From positions 1-32,058 of the forward strand of contig LT649364.1 of NCBI GenBank assembly GCA_900128395.1: a stretch of 32,058 bases of DNA, read 5' to 3'. Positions 8,653-18,642 of this stretch are shown here, one piece after another. The position numbers and the translations under genes were made by a program. This stretch comes from Stramenopiles sp. TOSAG23-2. Lineage: Eukaryota. Every line of letters starts with the position of its first letter. Positions within the stretch are counted from its first letter, which is position 1. The notes under the pieces were generated by a model, which was not told the origin of the DNA, did not search any database, and saw only the letters and a list, made by a program, of their open reading frames with translations.

Positions 8653-11600
8653 ATGAGAAGACAACCACTTCATAGTCGTTCTGGTAAAAGCAAAACCAAT
8701 CGCATTAAAATTAAAAGTTTACGTAGTGGACGACAGTTTGATAATGATAATTTAGTATCGCGTGCAAACCGTAACGTGTCTGAATTATCATCAGCATGGC
8801 AAGCAACAGCAACAGGCAGAAGCCGTAAAAATAGAGAAAAATCTGGCAATGCATTAGAATTTCTTGAACGAGATCGTAATAGAGGCAATTTAAACTATGA
8901 ATCAACAACTTTAACTTCCATGAGAAATAGAGATAGAGAAAGTAGCGATAGGAATAAAATTAATAATAATAATAATAACAGCAACAATAACAACAATAGT
9001 AGAAGGGAAAGAAAAGTAGAGGATGATGGTAATAATAATCAATATCATCGTGATATACGACCTGGAAGAAATAAAAACAAAGGCCATATATCTGATGGCC
9101 GTCATGTAAACAATAATGAAGAAGAACAACAACGTGGAAAATATAGCGGACAAGCAGAACGCCAAGAAAAAACATATTACGGTAGAAGACAATATCCTGG
9201 GCCACGTAATATTGAAGATATAGAAGCAACGCCAAGCATAGTCGAAGGTGTAAGAAGCGCTTTGATTAAAGCTCAAGAAGAAGGATATGTTGACAAAGAT
9301 AAAAAAAAAGTAGAAGTTCTTTATCGTGGTAGAGGTGGACGTGTTAAAAGATGGGATAGTGCTAACCCGGAACAAGTAGAGGAATGGGGAGAAACGCCAA
9401 TGGAGCAAGGAAGTCATAATTCACCACATCGAAGTGATAGTGATCAATGGCTTGGACAACGACATATTTTGATGGATGATGGAGAACGTTCAATTGATTT
9501 TGAAAATGAAGAAGACGATCTTTCATTTACAGATGATGGTCGGAGTAGTGAATATAATAATGATCATCGACATCATCATCATCATCATCATAGAACTGGT
9601 GGTAGAAATAGAAACGATAATAATAATAACCACAACCATGGGTTATCACGTATATCAAATGATTCGCTAATACTTTTAGTTTCACAAGGTCAAAATGGAA
9701 CACCTCAAGTAGAAATGAAAACAGCAGATGTTTTATCGTTATCGCCAAATAGTAGAAACAATCATCAAAGTTTACATAATATCAACGTAAATAATATGTC
9801 TCAAATGAATAACAACAATAATAATAACAATGGCATGAGTAATATTAGTAATATTAATAGTACTAATATTGAAATGCAATTGCAACAAATGCAACAACAA
9901 ATGAGGCTTCAAATGGAAAAACAAATGCAACAACAAATGATACAACAGCAACAATTTTTACAACAACAAACAGATGCTGCTAAAATGTCAGATCTTTCCA
10001 CTACGATCCCAAATACCACGATAGCAGCAGGAGCCGCAACAACATCATCAACAGCACCTGCAATTACAAATTTAGACGCAACATCTCAACAAATCGTCAA
10101 TAACAACTATATTGAGAAGGAAGTACCAACTACTATTATTAAAGAAGTTCCTACAATTTCAGCGGCTACGGCAGCAGAGATAAATGCTGTCAAAGAAGAA
10201 AAAGAAAAGTTAGAAAAATTGAATAGCGAACTTGTTCTGCGTGAAAATGAATTAGACACCAAATTGACTGAAGTAGAAAAACATTCAGATGAATTATCAG
10301 AGAAAGAGAAAAAGTTAAATACGCTAGAGAAAAAATTAGAAGAAAAAGAAATTAAACTGAATACGTTACAAGATAAATTAATGAAAGATGAGGTAAAACT
10401 TCAGCACGAGCAAGAAGCATTGGAGGAGAAAGCAAAGGAGCACCAAAAAAATATAGAGTTAGATACAGAAAGAATTGTAAAACAAGAGGAAATGCTGAAA
10501 GCAAAATTTGATGTTATGAACAAAAATTTTGAGGAAGAATCAATGGCGGAAAATAATAGGTTAAAAGAGATTGAAAAACGATTAGCAGATGAACAAGAAA
10601 AATTGGATGCTGCTAGGAAGTTGATAGAAGACGAAGAACGTGGGGTTGAAAAAGATAAGAAATTATTAGAAGATGCAAGGAGTATACACGAAAAAGCTGT
10701 AAAGGAAATTGAGGAAGACATAAAACATCAGAAAGATGCAATTAAAGCAGAACGTGAAGCGCATCAAAAAGCAGAACAATTACATGAAGAGGAAAAGAAA
10801 CGCCATGAATATGCAGTTAAGTTAGAAAAAGATAAATTGGAATTACTACAGAAAGGTCACGTGGCAGAAGTACAACGACATAAAAATGCTGTTCAAGCGG
10901 AGAAAAATTTAATACAACAAGCAAAGGAGATACATGAAAAAGAAGTGAAACGACACCAAGATTTAGTTGAAAAAGAACGTTTAGGATTGATATCTGCAAA
11001 AGAAGCACATGAAGAAGATGCAAGAAGACATAGAGACGCAGTCATAGCTGAAAAATCATTATTAAAGCAAGCACAAGATCTACATAAAACAGAAGCAGAA
11101 AAACATAGCACTGTTGTAAACAAAGAGAAAGAAGCGATTGCGAAGGCAAAAGAAGCTCATGAAGTGGAAGAACAAAAACATCGGGAGCAAGTTGCAAAGG
11201 AAAAGAAAGTATTGGAAGATGCTTTGCAAAAGCAAAAAGAAGAAGCAGCAAGACATAAAGCTGATGCCGAAAACCAGAAAAAATTGTTAGCGAAAGAACA
11301 TGATTTATTGGAAAAAGCACGACAAACACACGATGAAGATAAAAAACGGCATGATGAGGCCATGAAGTTACTAGACGATGCTCGCAAATCGCATGAAGAG
11401 CAAGTCAAAAAAACTGCTGAAGAAAAAGAACATATATTAAAGTTACGAGCAGAGCATGCAGCTGACAGAGCTCGTGATACAGAACTAATGGGTGCAGAAA
11501 GGATGAAATTAAAGGAGGAATTGACAAAATTGAAGCAAGAACGTACATTAGCGGAACGTGAAGTGGAGCATCAACGAGCATTGCTCGTTGCTGAAAATAG

Positions 11601-12957
11601 CAAAGGTGCTGAGATGAGGCAAAAAATACAGGAAAAGGAAGATGAGAAAATCAAAGAGACTCAAAAAATGTTGGAAGATGAGCGAAAACGATTAAATGAA
11701 GAACGTTCCTCTATTATGGCGATCCGAGAGAAATTTGAGAATGAAAGGCGCTTGTATAGCGATAAAACAGATAAAGAAAAACGTGAAATGTGGGAAAAAT
11801 TAGAAAATGAAAAGAAGCAATTGAAAGAATTATTAGACAAAGAACGTGAAGAGATTAGTCTAGCAGTTAAAAACTTTGAGAAAGAAAAAGCACTTTTAAA
11901 ATCAGAACTAGCTGCTGAGAAGGCTGAAATAGAGCGAATAAAAGAGGAGGCAAATACGAAAGAAGTACGCGCTGAAGCGAATCGCTCGACAATTGTAGAA
12001 GAACGAAATAAAGTTGCACAGAAAGAGCGTGAATTGCTCGATGCGCAAGCCAAATTAACGAAAGAAAAAAGTCAAATGAGATCCGCATTATCAAAAGAAC
12101 GGATGGAAATGATGAACAAAATAAAAAAAGAACGAGAGGAAACAGAACGTTTAAGTAAATTAATTGAAAAGCAAAAATTTGAAGTAACGTTGGAAAAGCG
12201 TTTACATGCAGAGCGTGAAAAAGTCTTTGCTGAACGCGAAAAGTTAGAGGAAAAGAGAATGAAGCAATCGCAACTTGAACAGCAACAATTGCCAACATTA
12301 AGGTCTCAACAATACATGCCGCAGCAACATTATCAAATGCCACCACCTCCATCGACCCCAGCAGGCGCAACAGCTACAATGAGCAGTAGCACTGCGGGAG
12401 TGTTACCACCTGGCAGCCCATACAACATGAGTGGTCATATGAGTCCAGTAGGAATACCACCAGTTATTAATCATCATTACCATGGTCCAGATGGAGGCAT
12501 ATCAACAACATTTGGGCAATCACGAACAGCACCACGGCGGCCTGAAATAATTAATGAAATAGATTCTGAGTTAGAATCCATTCGAGAGCAACACCGTATT
12601 CGCTTTTCTAGAGAAGTAGAAGAGCGAAATCGCTTGGAGAAGCAATTAAAGCATGAGGCTGCTGAAAGGGAAAAATTAGAACGAAAACTTCAGTTAGAAA
12701 GGACGCAAGAGCGTGCAACTCTTGAAAGAAAATTAGAACAGGAGCGCACATTGCACCTGCAACAATTAGAACAAGATCGTGCATTGCATGCTGCATCATT
12801 AGTGCAAACGCAAAATGAATTAAATTCAGTTCGAGCGATGATGGATCATATACAAAGTGATGGAATGGCTGGAATTTTGAGAGTAAAAGATGCCGTTATG
12901 CAATTTGATGATTTAGTGAAAAGCATTGGTACGGGTCAAAGGACAAGACCATTCTAA
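8653..12957 (+). CDS. Large low-complexity/coiled-coil protein (1434 aa), probably cytoskeletal or structural
   Basis: Uninterrupted 4.3-kb ORF: disordered R/N/H/Q-rich head, about 700 aa of E/K-rich coiled coil, Pro-rich linker and a second coiled coil. No catalytic motif recognised. Confidence 0.9.
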   Translation: MRRQPLHSRSGKSKTNRIKIKSLRSGRQFDNDNLVSRANRNVSELSSAWQATATGRSRKNREKSGNALEFLERDRNRGNLNYESTTLTSMRNRDRESSDRNKINNNNNNSNNNNNSRRERKVEDDGNNNQYHRDIRPGRNKNKGHISDGRHVNNNEEEQQRGKYSGQAERQEKTYYGRRQYPGPRNIEDIEATPSIVEGVRSALIKAQEEGYVDKDKKKVEVLYRGRGGRVKRWDSANPEQVEEWGETPMEQGSHNSPHRSDSDQWLGQRHILMDDGERSIDFENEEDDLSFTDDGRSSEYNNDHRHHHHHHHRTGGRNRNDNNNNHNHGLSRISNDSLILLVSQGQNGTPQVEMKTADVLSLSPNSRNNHQSLHNINVNNMSQMNNNNNNNNGMSNISNINSTNIEMQLQQMQQQMRLQMEKQMQQQMIQQQQFLQQQTDAAKMSDLSTTIPNTTIAAGAATTSSTAPAITNLDATSQQIVNNNYIEKEVPTTIIKEVPTISAATAAEINAVKEEKEKLEKLNSELVLRENELDTKLTEVEKHSDELSEKEKKLNTLEKKLEEKEIKLNTLQDKLMKDEVKLQHEQEALEEKAKEHQKNIELDTERIVKQEEMLKAKFDVMNKNFEEESMAENNRLKEIEKRLADEQEKLDAARKLIEDEERGVEKDKKLLEDARSIHEKAVKEIEEDIKHQKDAIKAEREAHQKAEQLHEEEKKRHEYAVKLEKDKLELLQKGHVAEVQRHKNAVQAEKNLIQQAKEIHEKEVKRHQDLVEKERLGLISAKEAHEEDARRHRDAVIAEKSLLKQAQDLHKTEAEKHSTVVNKEKEAIAKAKEAHEVEEQKHREQVAKEKKVLEDALQKQKEEAARHKADAENQKKLLAKEHDLLEKARQTHDEDKKRHDEAMKLLDDARKSHEEQVKKTAEEKEHILKLRAEHAADRARDTELMGAERMKLKEELTKLKQERTLAEREVEHQRALLVAENSKGAEMRQKIQEKEDEKIKETQKMLEDERKRLNEERSSIMAIREKFENERRLYSDKTDKEKREMWEKLENEKKQLKELLDKEREEISLAVKNFEKEKALLKSELAAEKAEIERIKEEANTKEVRAEANRSTIVEERNKVAQKERELLDAQAKLTKEKSQMRSALSKERMEMMNKIKKEREETERLSKLIEKQKFEVTLEKRLHAEREKVFAEREKLEEKRMKQSQLEQQQLPTLRSQQYMPQQHYQMPPPPSTPAGATATMSSSTAGVLPPGSPYNMSGHMSPVGIPPVINHHYHGPDGGISTTFGQSRTAPRRPEIINEIDSELESIREQHRIRFSREVEERNRLEKQLKHEAAEREKLERKLQLERTQERATLERKLEQERTLHLQQLEQDRALHAASLVQTQNELNSVRAMMDHIQSDGMAGILRVKDAVMQFDDLVKSIGTGQRTRPF
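10708..11307 (+). repeat. Protein-level 25-aa (75-nt) tandem repeat with H-x6-H motif
   Basis: His codons at 10783, 10858, 10933, 11008, 11083 and 11158 (exact 75-nt spacing). Example units: HEKEVKRHQDLVEKERLGLISAKEA and HEEDARRHRDAVIAEKSLLKQAQDL. Confidence 0.88.
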
Positions 12958-13165
12958 TACGTAGTGTTATATTATATAATATGATGTGCGTGTACAGGCG
13001 ATAAAAAAGGATGTGTCATTTTTTTAAAAAAAATACTGTTTTAAATAAAAAAAAATATATATTATATATATAAATTACACATACACACGAACTTACGACA
13101 AACTTTTTTATAAGCGAGGAGATGAATAATCTCTCTCGTGTGGTAGTGTGGTGTACGTATTTTTT

Positions 13166-13975
13166 TTATTTTAGTGCCTTTTTGATTGCTTCTCTCCACG
13201 CATTTGCGCTTCGGATATCAGGTGCTTCAAGATCTAATACTTCCTTTGTTTGCATATTTATTTCATTATTTATATTTTTCTCTGCTGTATTTACATTGCT
13301 TTCATCATCATCATCCAATGAGAAACAAATTTTTATCTTCGTTGATGTTACATTTTCTTTCATATCTTCCTTGGATAAAATTGGAGGTTCTTTTTTTTTT
13401 GGATCATCAAAATTAAATGTACGACGCGGTTTAATACCTTCATTTTTATCAAAAATAGATTTCCAATATTTTAATATTTTACGATTGTCGAGTTCAAAAT
13501 ATCGTCTTTGATATCCAGCAAATGAATTTGTAGTGGCGCGCTTTTTCAAATATCCAGATTTAACTATTTTGAACTCTTGCGCATAATTTTGAATGAAACT
13601 ATTTCGGACTACTGTTCGTTCTGAAACCGACATACGTCTTCTTCCACCTGGTGTATGTGATTTTCGAACTAAATCATCTTCTATTTCTTTCTGTGTATTG
13701 CTCTCCTTATATCTATTATATAAAAGAATTTTAACAATTAAAAACACAACCATTGAAAACAACAATACCAACGGCAATGAAAGAAATTGAAATGGATTCA
13801 TAAACCAAAAAACAGAATTACTCAATAATAGTGGTTTTTCTGATAATACTCTACCAACTTGTTTATCTAAGACACTTTCATCAACAGATGGTGGATTTAT
13901 TCGTTTTAAATTATCCTCAATATTATAATTACCAGTGGTAAAACGAAATAATGAATGCGCCAATATTCCAGCCAT
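13166..13975 (-). CDS. Single-pass membrane protein with C-terminal PH domain
   Basis: 269 aa. TM segment FLSLPLVLLFSMVVFLIVKILLY. PH strands VKSGYLKKR..QRRYFEL..LKYWKS and C-terminal LDLEAPDIRSANAWREAIKKAL with the invariant Trp. Confidence 0.88.
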   Translation of the reverse strand: MAGILAHSLFRFTTGNYNIEDNLKRINPPSVDESVLDKQVGRVLSEKPLLLSNSVFWFMNPFQFLSLPLVLLFSMVVFLIVKILLYNRYKESNTQKEIEDDLVRKSHTPGGRRRMSVSERTVVRNSFIQNYAQEFKIVKSGYLKKRATTNSFAGYQRRYFELDNRKILKYWKSIFDKNEGIKPRRTFNFDDPKKKEPPILSKEDMKENVTSTKIKICFSLDDDDESNVNTAEKNINNEINMQTKEVLDLEAPDIRSANAWREAIKKALK

Positions 13976-14656
13976 TGTATTTCTTTTCTATATCTATGTA
14001 TATATATATATATTTCGATATTTTAAGCAAAAAAAATAAATAGTGATTTTAATTATATTATTGTATATTCCTATAATAGAAAAGAAATGTTTAGAAACTT
14101 GTAAATGCTTCAGCTTGCTTCACATTTTGTATTACAGTATTATAATTATTATGAGGATGTAGATTAAGATGATGTGATGATTTTTGGAGGAAGAAGAAGT
14201 AGAGTTTAAGTTTAAGTTGTTTTTTTATTTTGGTGAATGTTATATTTTGTACTTCTTTCGTATATCAGTATACTTTGTTATTGCTATTAATGTTAAATAC
14301 CCATGATGTGTCCTTATAAAAATGGTACAGTTATTCACGTGGATGAATTAGAATAGACTAAAAGAAAAAAGGGCGAAAATGTTATACGTGGTGTGCCCTA
14401 CGAGGAATAGTGCAATAGACTAAAAGCTTGCCCGCTTGGTATGGTAGGTACACAAGGTAGACAGAAAAAATTATAAATTAGCATGGACATATCATTGAAA
14501 CCAACACAAAAAAAAAACATCTTAAGAACAGTATATATATAATTAAATGTAGATAGATGTAAAGTCACTTATGACATAGGAAAAACATATATATATATAT
14601 ATAACAAACAGTAATAATAAGAACAAGAACGAACGAAACAAAACAAAGGAAAAAAC

Positions 14657-15085
14657 ATGTCTACACAAGAAAGAGCATTAGTTGGTGGGTATAATACCTT
14701 TGGAAATCAAGGAGAAGCCAATGCAGACGTCAAGAAAAAATATCCTATTATCAACCCATATACGACGGATTTGAACGAGTTAAATATGTTGCGTCTCAAA
14801 GCAAGTGCTCCACGAAAAAAGTTTATTGAAGCAATCAAGAAAGGTCAAATTGAAGCTCCAAATGATTTGGCGAGGTACGTATTCTTAGGGGAGAAAGGTC
14901 CTAACCTGACGAAGATGGCCTTCCCTCCAAGTCCACCACCAGATTCCATGGATTACAAGGAAGTAAAAGAGCTTTTAACTCCAGTTTGTCTTTTGGTGGT
15001 GACTTTCCATTTATTGCAACAATTACATCACCGGGACCACAAAATCCAGTTGATTCGAAATATGTTAAGTTTCCTTTTAATCTAG
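14657..15085 (+). CDS. Hypothetical protein (3' end uncertain, overlaps an antisense ORF)
   Basis: ATG in an aaacATGtct context after a typical AT-rich leader. The first ~110 aa look protein-like; the last ~30 aa look like read-through into antisense sequence. Confidence 0.6.
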   Translation: MSTQERALVGGYNTFGNQGEANADVKKKYPIINPYTTDLNELNMLRLKASAPRKKFIEAIKKGQIEAPNDLARYVFLGEKGPNLTKMAFPPSPPPDSMDYKEVKELLTPVCLLVVTFHLLQQLHHRDHKIQLIRNMLSFLLI

Positions 15086-15206
15086 TAAATGATTTGATTT
15101 GTACACCACCACGATTGGTGGAATTAAAATTGACTCCCAATGGCTCATCAACGGTAGGCCTTCGATCTATTACTATTGTATATTCTAATTTTGTTTCAAT
15201 AGACAT
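14901..15206 (-). CDS. Small PDZ-domain protein
   Basis: 101 aa: YTIVIDRR...EPLGVNF (GLGF-like loop), GVQIKSF, GPGDVIVAING (GDxIxxING signature), helix DKLELKALLL. Start context caacATGtct. Confidence 0.7.
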   Translation of the reverse strand: MSIETKLEYTIVIDRRPTVDEPLGVNFNSTNRGGVQIKSFTRLKGNLTYFESTGFCGPGDVIVAINGKSPPKDKLELKALLLPCNPWNLVVDLEGRPSSSG

Positions 15207-15410
15207 GTTGTATTTATAATGTGTTTGGCGTGTGTGTATATTGTATGTATGTATTTATGTATTTATATATTCTCTTGATACAATTTTTAATACGACGATA
15301 TTAGTGTTATATTTTTTATAATTATGTTTGATTATGTTGTAAATGTATATATATATAAGTGTATAATATACAGTATAATATATATATATTAGCTAGTTTG
15401 CATTATTAGA

Positions 15411-15815
15411 ATTATATGTACACAGTAAAAATATCTATTATTCATTTTATTGCAAAAGATCGAGTCTTCACATTTCTAGAATCATTATTATTAAATCATT
15501 AGAGCTATTATTATTATATTTCAATTATAGTGCTATAGTTAGAATAGTATTGGCAACATTGGAAAAGATGAGTTGGATGGCCGGATTTAGCAATTATGAA
15601 TCGTATAGCATGAAAATATCATTATTTAGGACACAATAGCAGCAACACAAGGAGGTGAGTCGATGTTAGAAATGATACACACAAAAAATATCTATTCAGT
15701 TTTATTGTTAGAGTATATATATAAAAAATTCTCTTATATATTTTAGAGTATATATATATTAGATTATATGTACACAGTAAAAATATATCTATTCATTTAT
15801 TTGCAAAAGATCGAG
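15411..15815 (+). repeat. Imperfect ~54-bp direct repeat (15411-15464 and 15763-15815)
   Basis: attatatgtacacagtaaaaatat...attcattt.tt gcaaaagatcgag occurs twice. Confidence 0.85.
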
Positions 15816-15860
15816 ACATCATAGAGAGATACATTATCACAGCACAGAACCATTTTAAAA

Positions 15861-18153
15861 TCACAATTTACTCTTTTGATTCTTCATCCTATTATTTTTA
15901 GCAACTTCTTCATCTGTATAATACAAATCAATAATTGGAAATGGTACACCTGGTAAACGTCTTCGAAAACCTCGACTTCTTGCTTTCATTTGCTTTCTTT
16001 TTTCGATAGTCCAAACAGTCCTAGGCACAACAGCTAATGGGACAGCTGCATTATCACGATAAAATTGCAATCGTTTTTGTAATTGTTCAACTATCTCTGG
16101 ATGTTCCGCTGATACATCATGATGTTCTGCTGGATCTTTTTCTAGATCAAATAACCATAACATTTTAATTGTACTTTCAAATTCACTTCTAGTATGAATT
16201 TTATTTTTCCATATTTCATATTGGTTTCCATCTCCTACTTTCATATCTCCAAATGGACCACCCGATTCAAGTAATTCATAATTTGTTGCATCTGGACCCA
16301 TGATATACTTAGCCGTCCATGTTGCCGATGGATCAGTTCCATGCCAATCACCACGTCCAGCTTGACCTTCCACTAATTTATATTTGCCGACTCGAATTGC
16401 TGCACATGATTCTGGAATATTCCCACTCGTAGCAATTCTTGTCTGATCAAGTTGTGATAGCTTTGATGTATCTTGTCCTGGATTTACAGTTCCGCCGGTG
16501 AAAAAATTACCACCTGTATTTGCCATACCGATTGGATCAATATTATATACCATTTCCTTCCTTGGGCTATCGTTAGAACCTGATTTCCAAGTTGAAAACA
16601 TATCGATACCATCTATTGCACCCGTTGAACTAGGACGTGCACTACCACCAGCAATCGAAAGTAATGTTGGAAATAAATCTACTGCATGACCTAATGCTTC
16701 ACTGTCTGTTCCACGTATATTTTCTGGAATTATATTTGGATTTGGACTATGAATAAATGCTGGTGATCGAGTACCACCTTCCCATACACTCATTTTATCT
16801 CCACGATATGGATGATTTGATGCACCTGTTCTAACATCACCACCATTATCACTAAATGCAAATATGAATGTATTATCATACATATTTTTTGCTTTCAATG
16901 CACTTACAACACGTCCAACATTACCATCCCTGGTGGAGTGTTTAGTTGGGTTAGTTGGGAATTTGAATTTATGTAAAAATTTATTATTATAAAATATATT
17001 CTATATACTTACATATGAGATATCAAGCCACACCATTTTCGACGTTGTTTTCCAGGTATATGTTCATGCATTTCCTCCGTACCTGCTGGATTTTGTACCG
17101 GCCAATGTGGTGCTTGAAATGGCAAATATAAAAACATCGGTTTCTCCGTATTATGATTCATGATCATTCTTTCAGCATTCATACCAAAAAGATCTGATGA
17201 ATGTGTACCATTCATATCAAGAACAGTATTTCTTATAACTTTTTTTCCATGTAACTTGTCATTATGCAAATCAAGTGCACCTTGCATCGCTTTATAATTC
17301 GGATGAGTTGGCCATAATGATCCAAAATTATCTGCACCTAAATTTAAAACATGTGTCCAATGATCACCACCACCCATATATATACCATAATGTTCATCAA
17401 ATCCACGCCCAGTTGGTATTTGCTCATAGCCTGCACTACCCATATGCCATTTACCAGACATATATGTTGAATAACCAATTTCTTTCATTCTTTCTGCCAA
17501 CATTGGTTCTCCAATTGGTGCCCAGCCAAGCATACAAGCTAAATTAGCAGGATTACATGCACCAGTTTGGCCTCCATATCTAAGCGGGTACCTTCCTGTT
17601 AACAACGAAGATCTGGTAGGCGAGCATACAGGCTGAACATAAAAATTCTTTAATTTCACACCATTTTTCATCAATCCATTCATAACTGGTGTATGACATA
17701 AGTGTCTTTTTGTTTTTGAAAACTCACCTAAATCATGATATCCAAGATCATCGAATAAAATTACTAAAATATTTGGTTTGGAACTAGACGATTTACCATT
17801 TGTAGTTGATGGTTTTATTTTATTCCGTAAGTCAGTCTTTTGTGATGCTTTCGGCGTGGCATCTGTCCCTATTTTAGCAGCAGCAGCAGCAGCAGCAGCA
17901 GCGTTTGATGNNNNNNNNNNNNNNNNNNNNNNNNNNNNNNNNNNNNNNNNNNNNNNNNNNNNNNAGCAGCAGCAGCAGCGTTTGATGAAGTTGTTATAGT
18001 TGATGACATAGTATTTGAAGAGCACATATTTTCACCACTACATGCATTATTATTATTATTTTCAACTAAACGCATAGATATACCATAATGTTTCGTGATA
18101 ATAAGACATAACAACAATGCCACTATTTTCATTATTGTACTATTTCCTTTCAT
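15861..18153 (-). CDS. Arylsulfatase (ARSB/I/J-like, Cys-type formylglycine sulfatase), about 710 aa; exons 18153-17013 and 16929-15861
   Basis: Signal peptide MKIVALLLCLII; KPNILVILFDDLGYHD; active-site VCSPTRSSLLTGRY; GKWHMG; APHWP; FSDNGG; RGDKMSVWEGG; LFDLEKDPAEHHD. The frame across the N-gap is restored if the duplicated flanks are collapsed. Confidence 0.93.
16930..17012 (-). other. Spliceosomal intron (83 nt, phase 2) in arylsulfatase
   Basis: Minus strand GTAAGT...CTAAC...CCAG. Removal gives GLISH-M-DGNVGRVVSALK, matching the sulfatase MDxxVGxxxxALK motif. Confidence 0.92.
17911..17964. other. Assembly gap (54 N) inside a (GCA)n/poly-Ala tract
   Basis: Both sides carry the same 23-mer agcagcagcagcagcgtttgatg (17888-17910 and 17965-17987). 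Confidence 0.95.
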
Positions 18154-18642
18154 TCTTTTTTCTAGTTTTTTCCCTCTTTTCTTTTTACATTGGTAGTATA
18201 TATATGAAGCCCATCATCAAAAGGTTTGTTATTACACGTAAGGTTGTACAGAGCCGGATTGCCAGATTTAGATTGATTTTGTACAGATCTGGATATAATG
18301 ATGCTATGTGATCTCCCAGATCTGTCAATGCTATTATCATAGTTGTAGTTGTTGTATTTTTGGTTATTATTATGGTTTTGTTTTTTGTTTTGTTGTAAAA
18401 TTTAATAAAAAAGTTAGCTCGTCGTCGTAGGTTAAGGTAAAAATATGTAGATATTTTGCTATTCTCGGAAAGAAGAGTCTGACGACGCAGACTATTGCTA
18501 TTCCAATTAATATATATAAAGAAATAATATTTTAAAATACAAAAGGAGGATGTATACAAACAAATGGTGAAAACAACAACAACTATCAAAAATAATTATA
18601 TATATATATATATATAAAGTGTGTATTTACTTGAAATATATC

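Noticed and set aside
9301-9390. KKVEVLYRGRGG resembling the start of a Tudor/Agenet-like repeat
   Set aside because: Only one strand matches; the remaining conserved pattern is absent.
8670-12799. Many antisense ORFs inside the 1434-aa gene, and similar ones inside SUZ12, NSUN5 and GGT
   Set aside because: S/F/C/L-rich shadows of biased sense-strand codons, with no motifs.
17869-18153. Apparent frameshift/pseudogene in the arylsulfatase 5' region
   Set aside because: The N-gap is flanked by the same 23-mer. Collapsing 77 nt (17911-17987) restores one frame (TTSSNAAAAAAAAAKIGTD), so it is most likely a scaffolding artefact.
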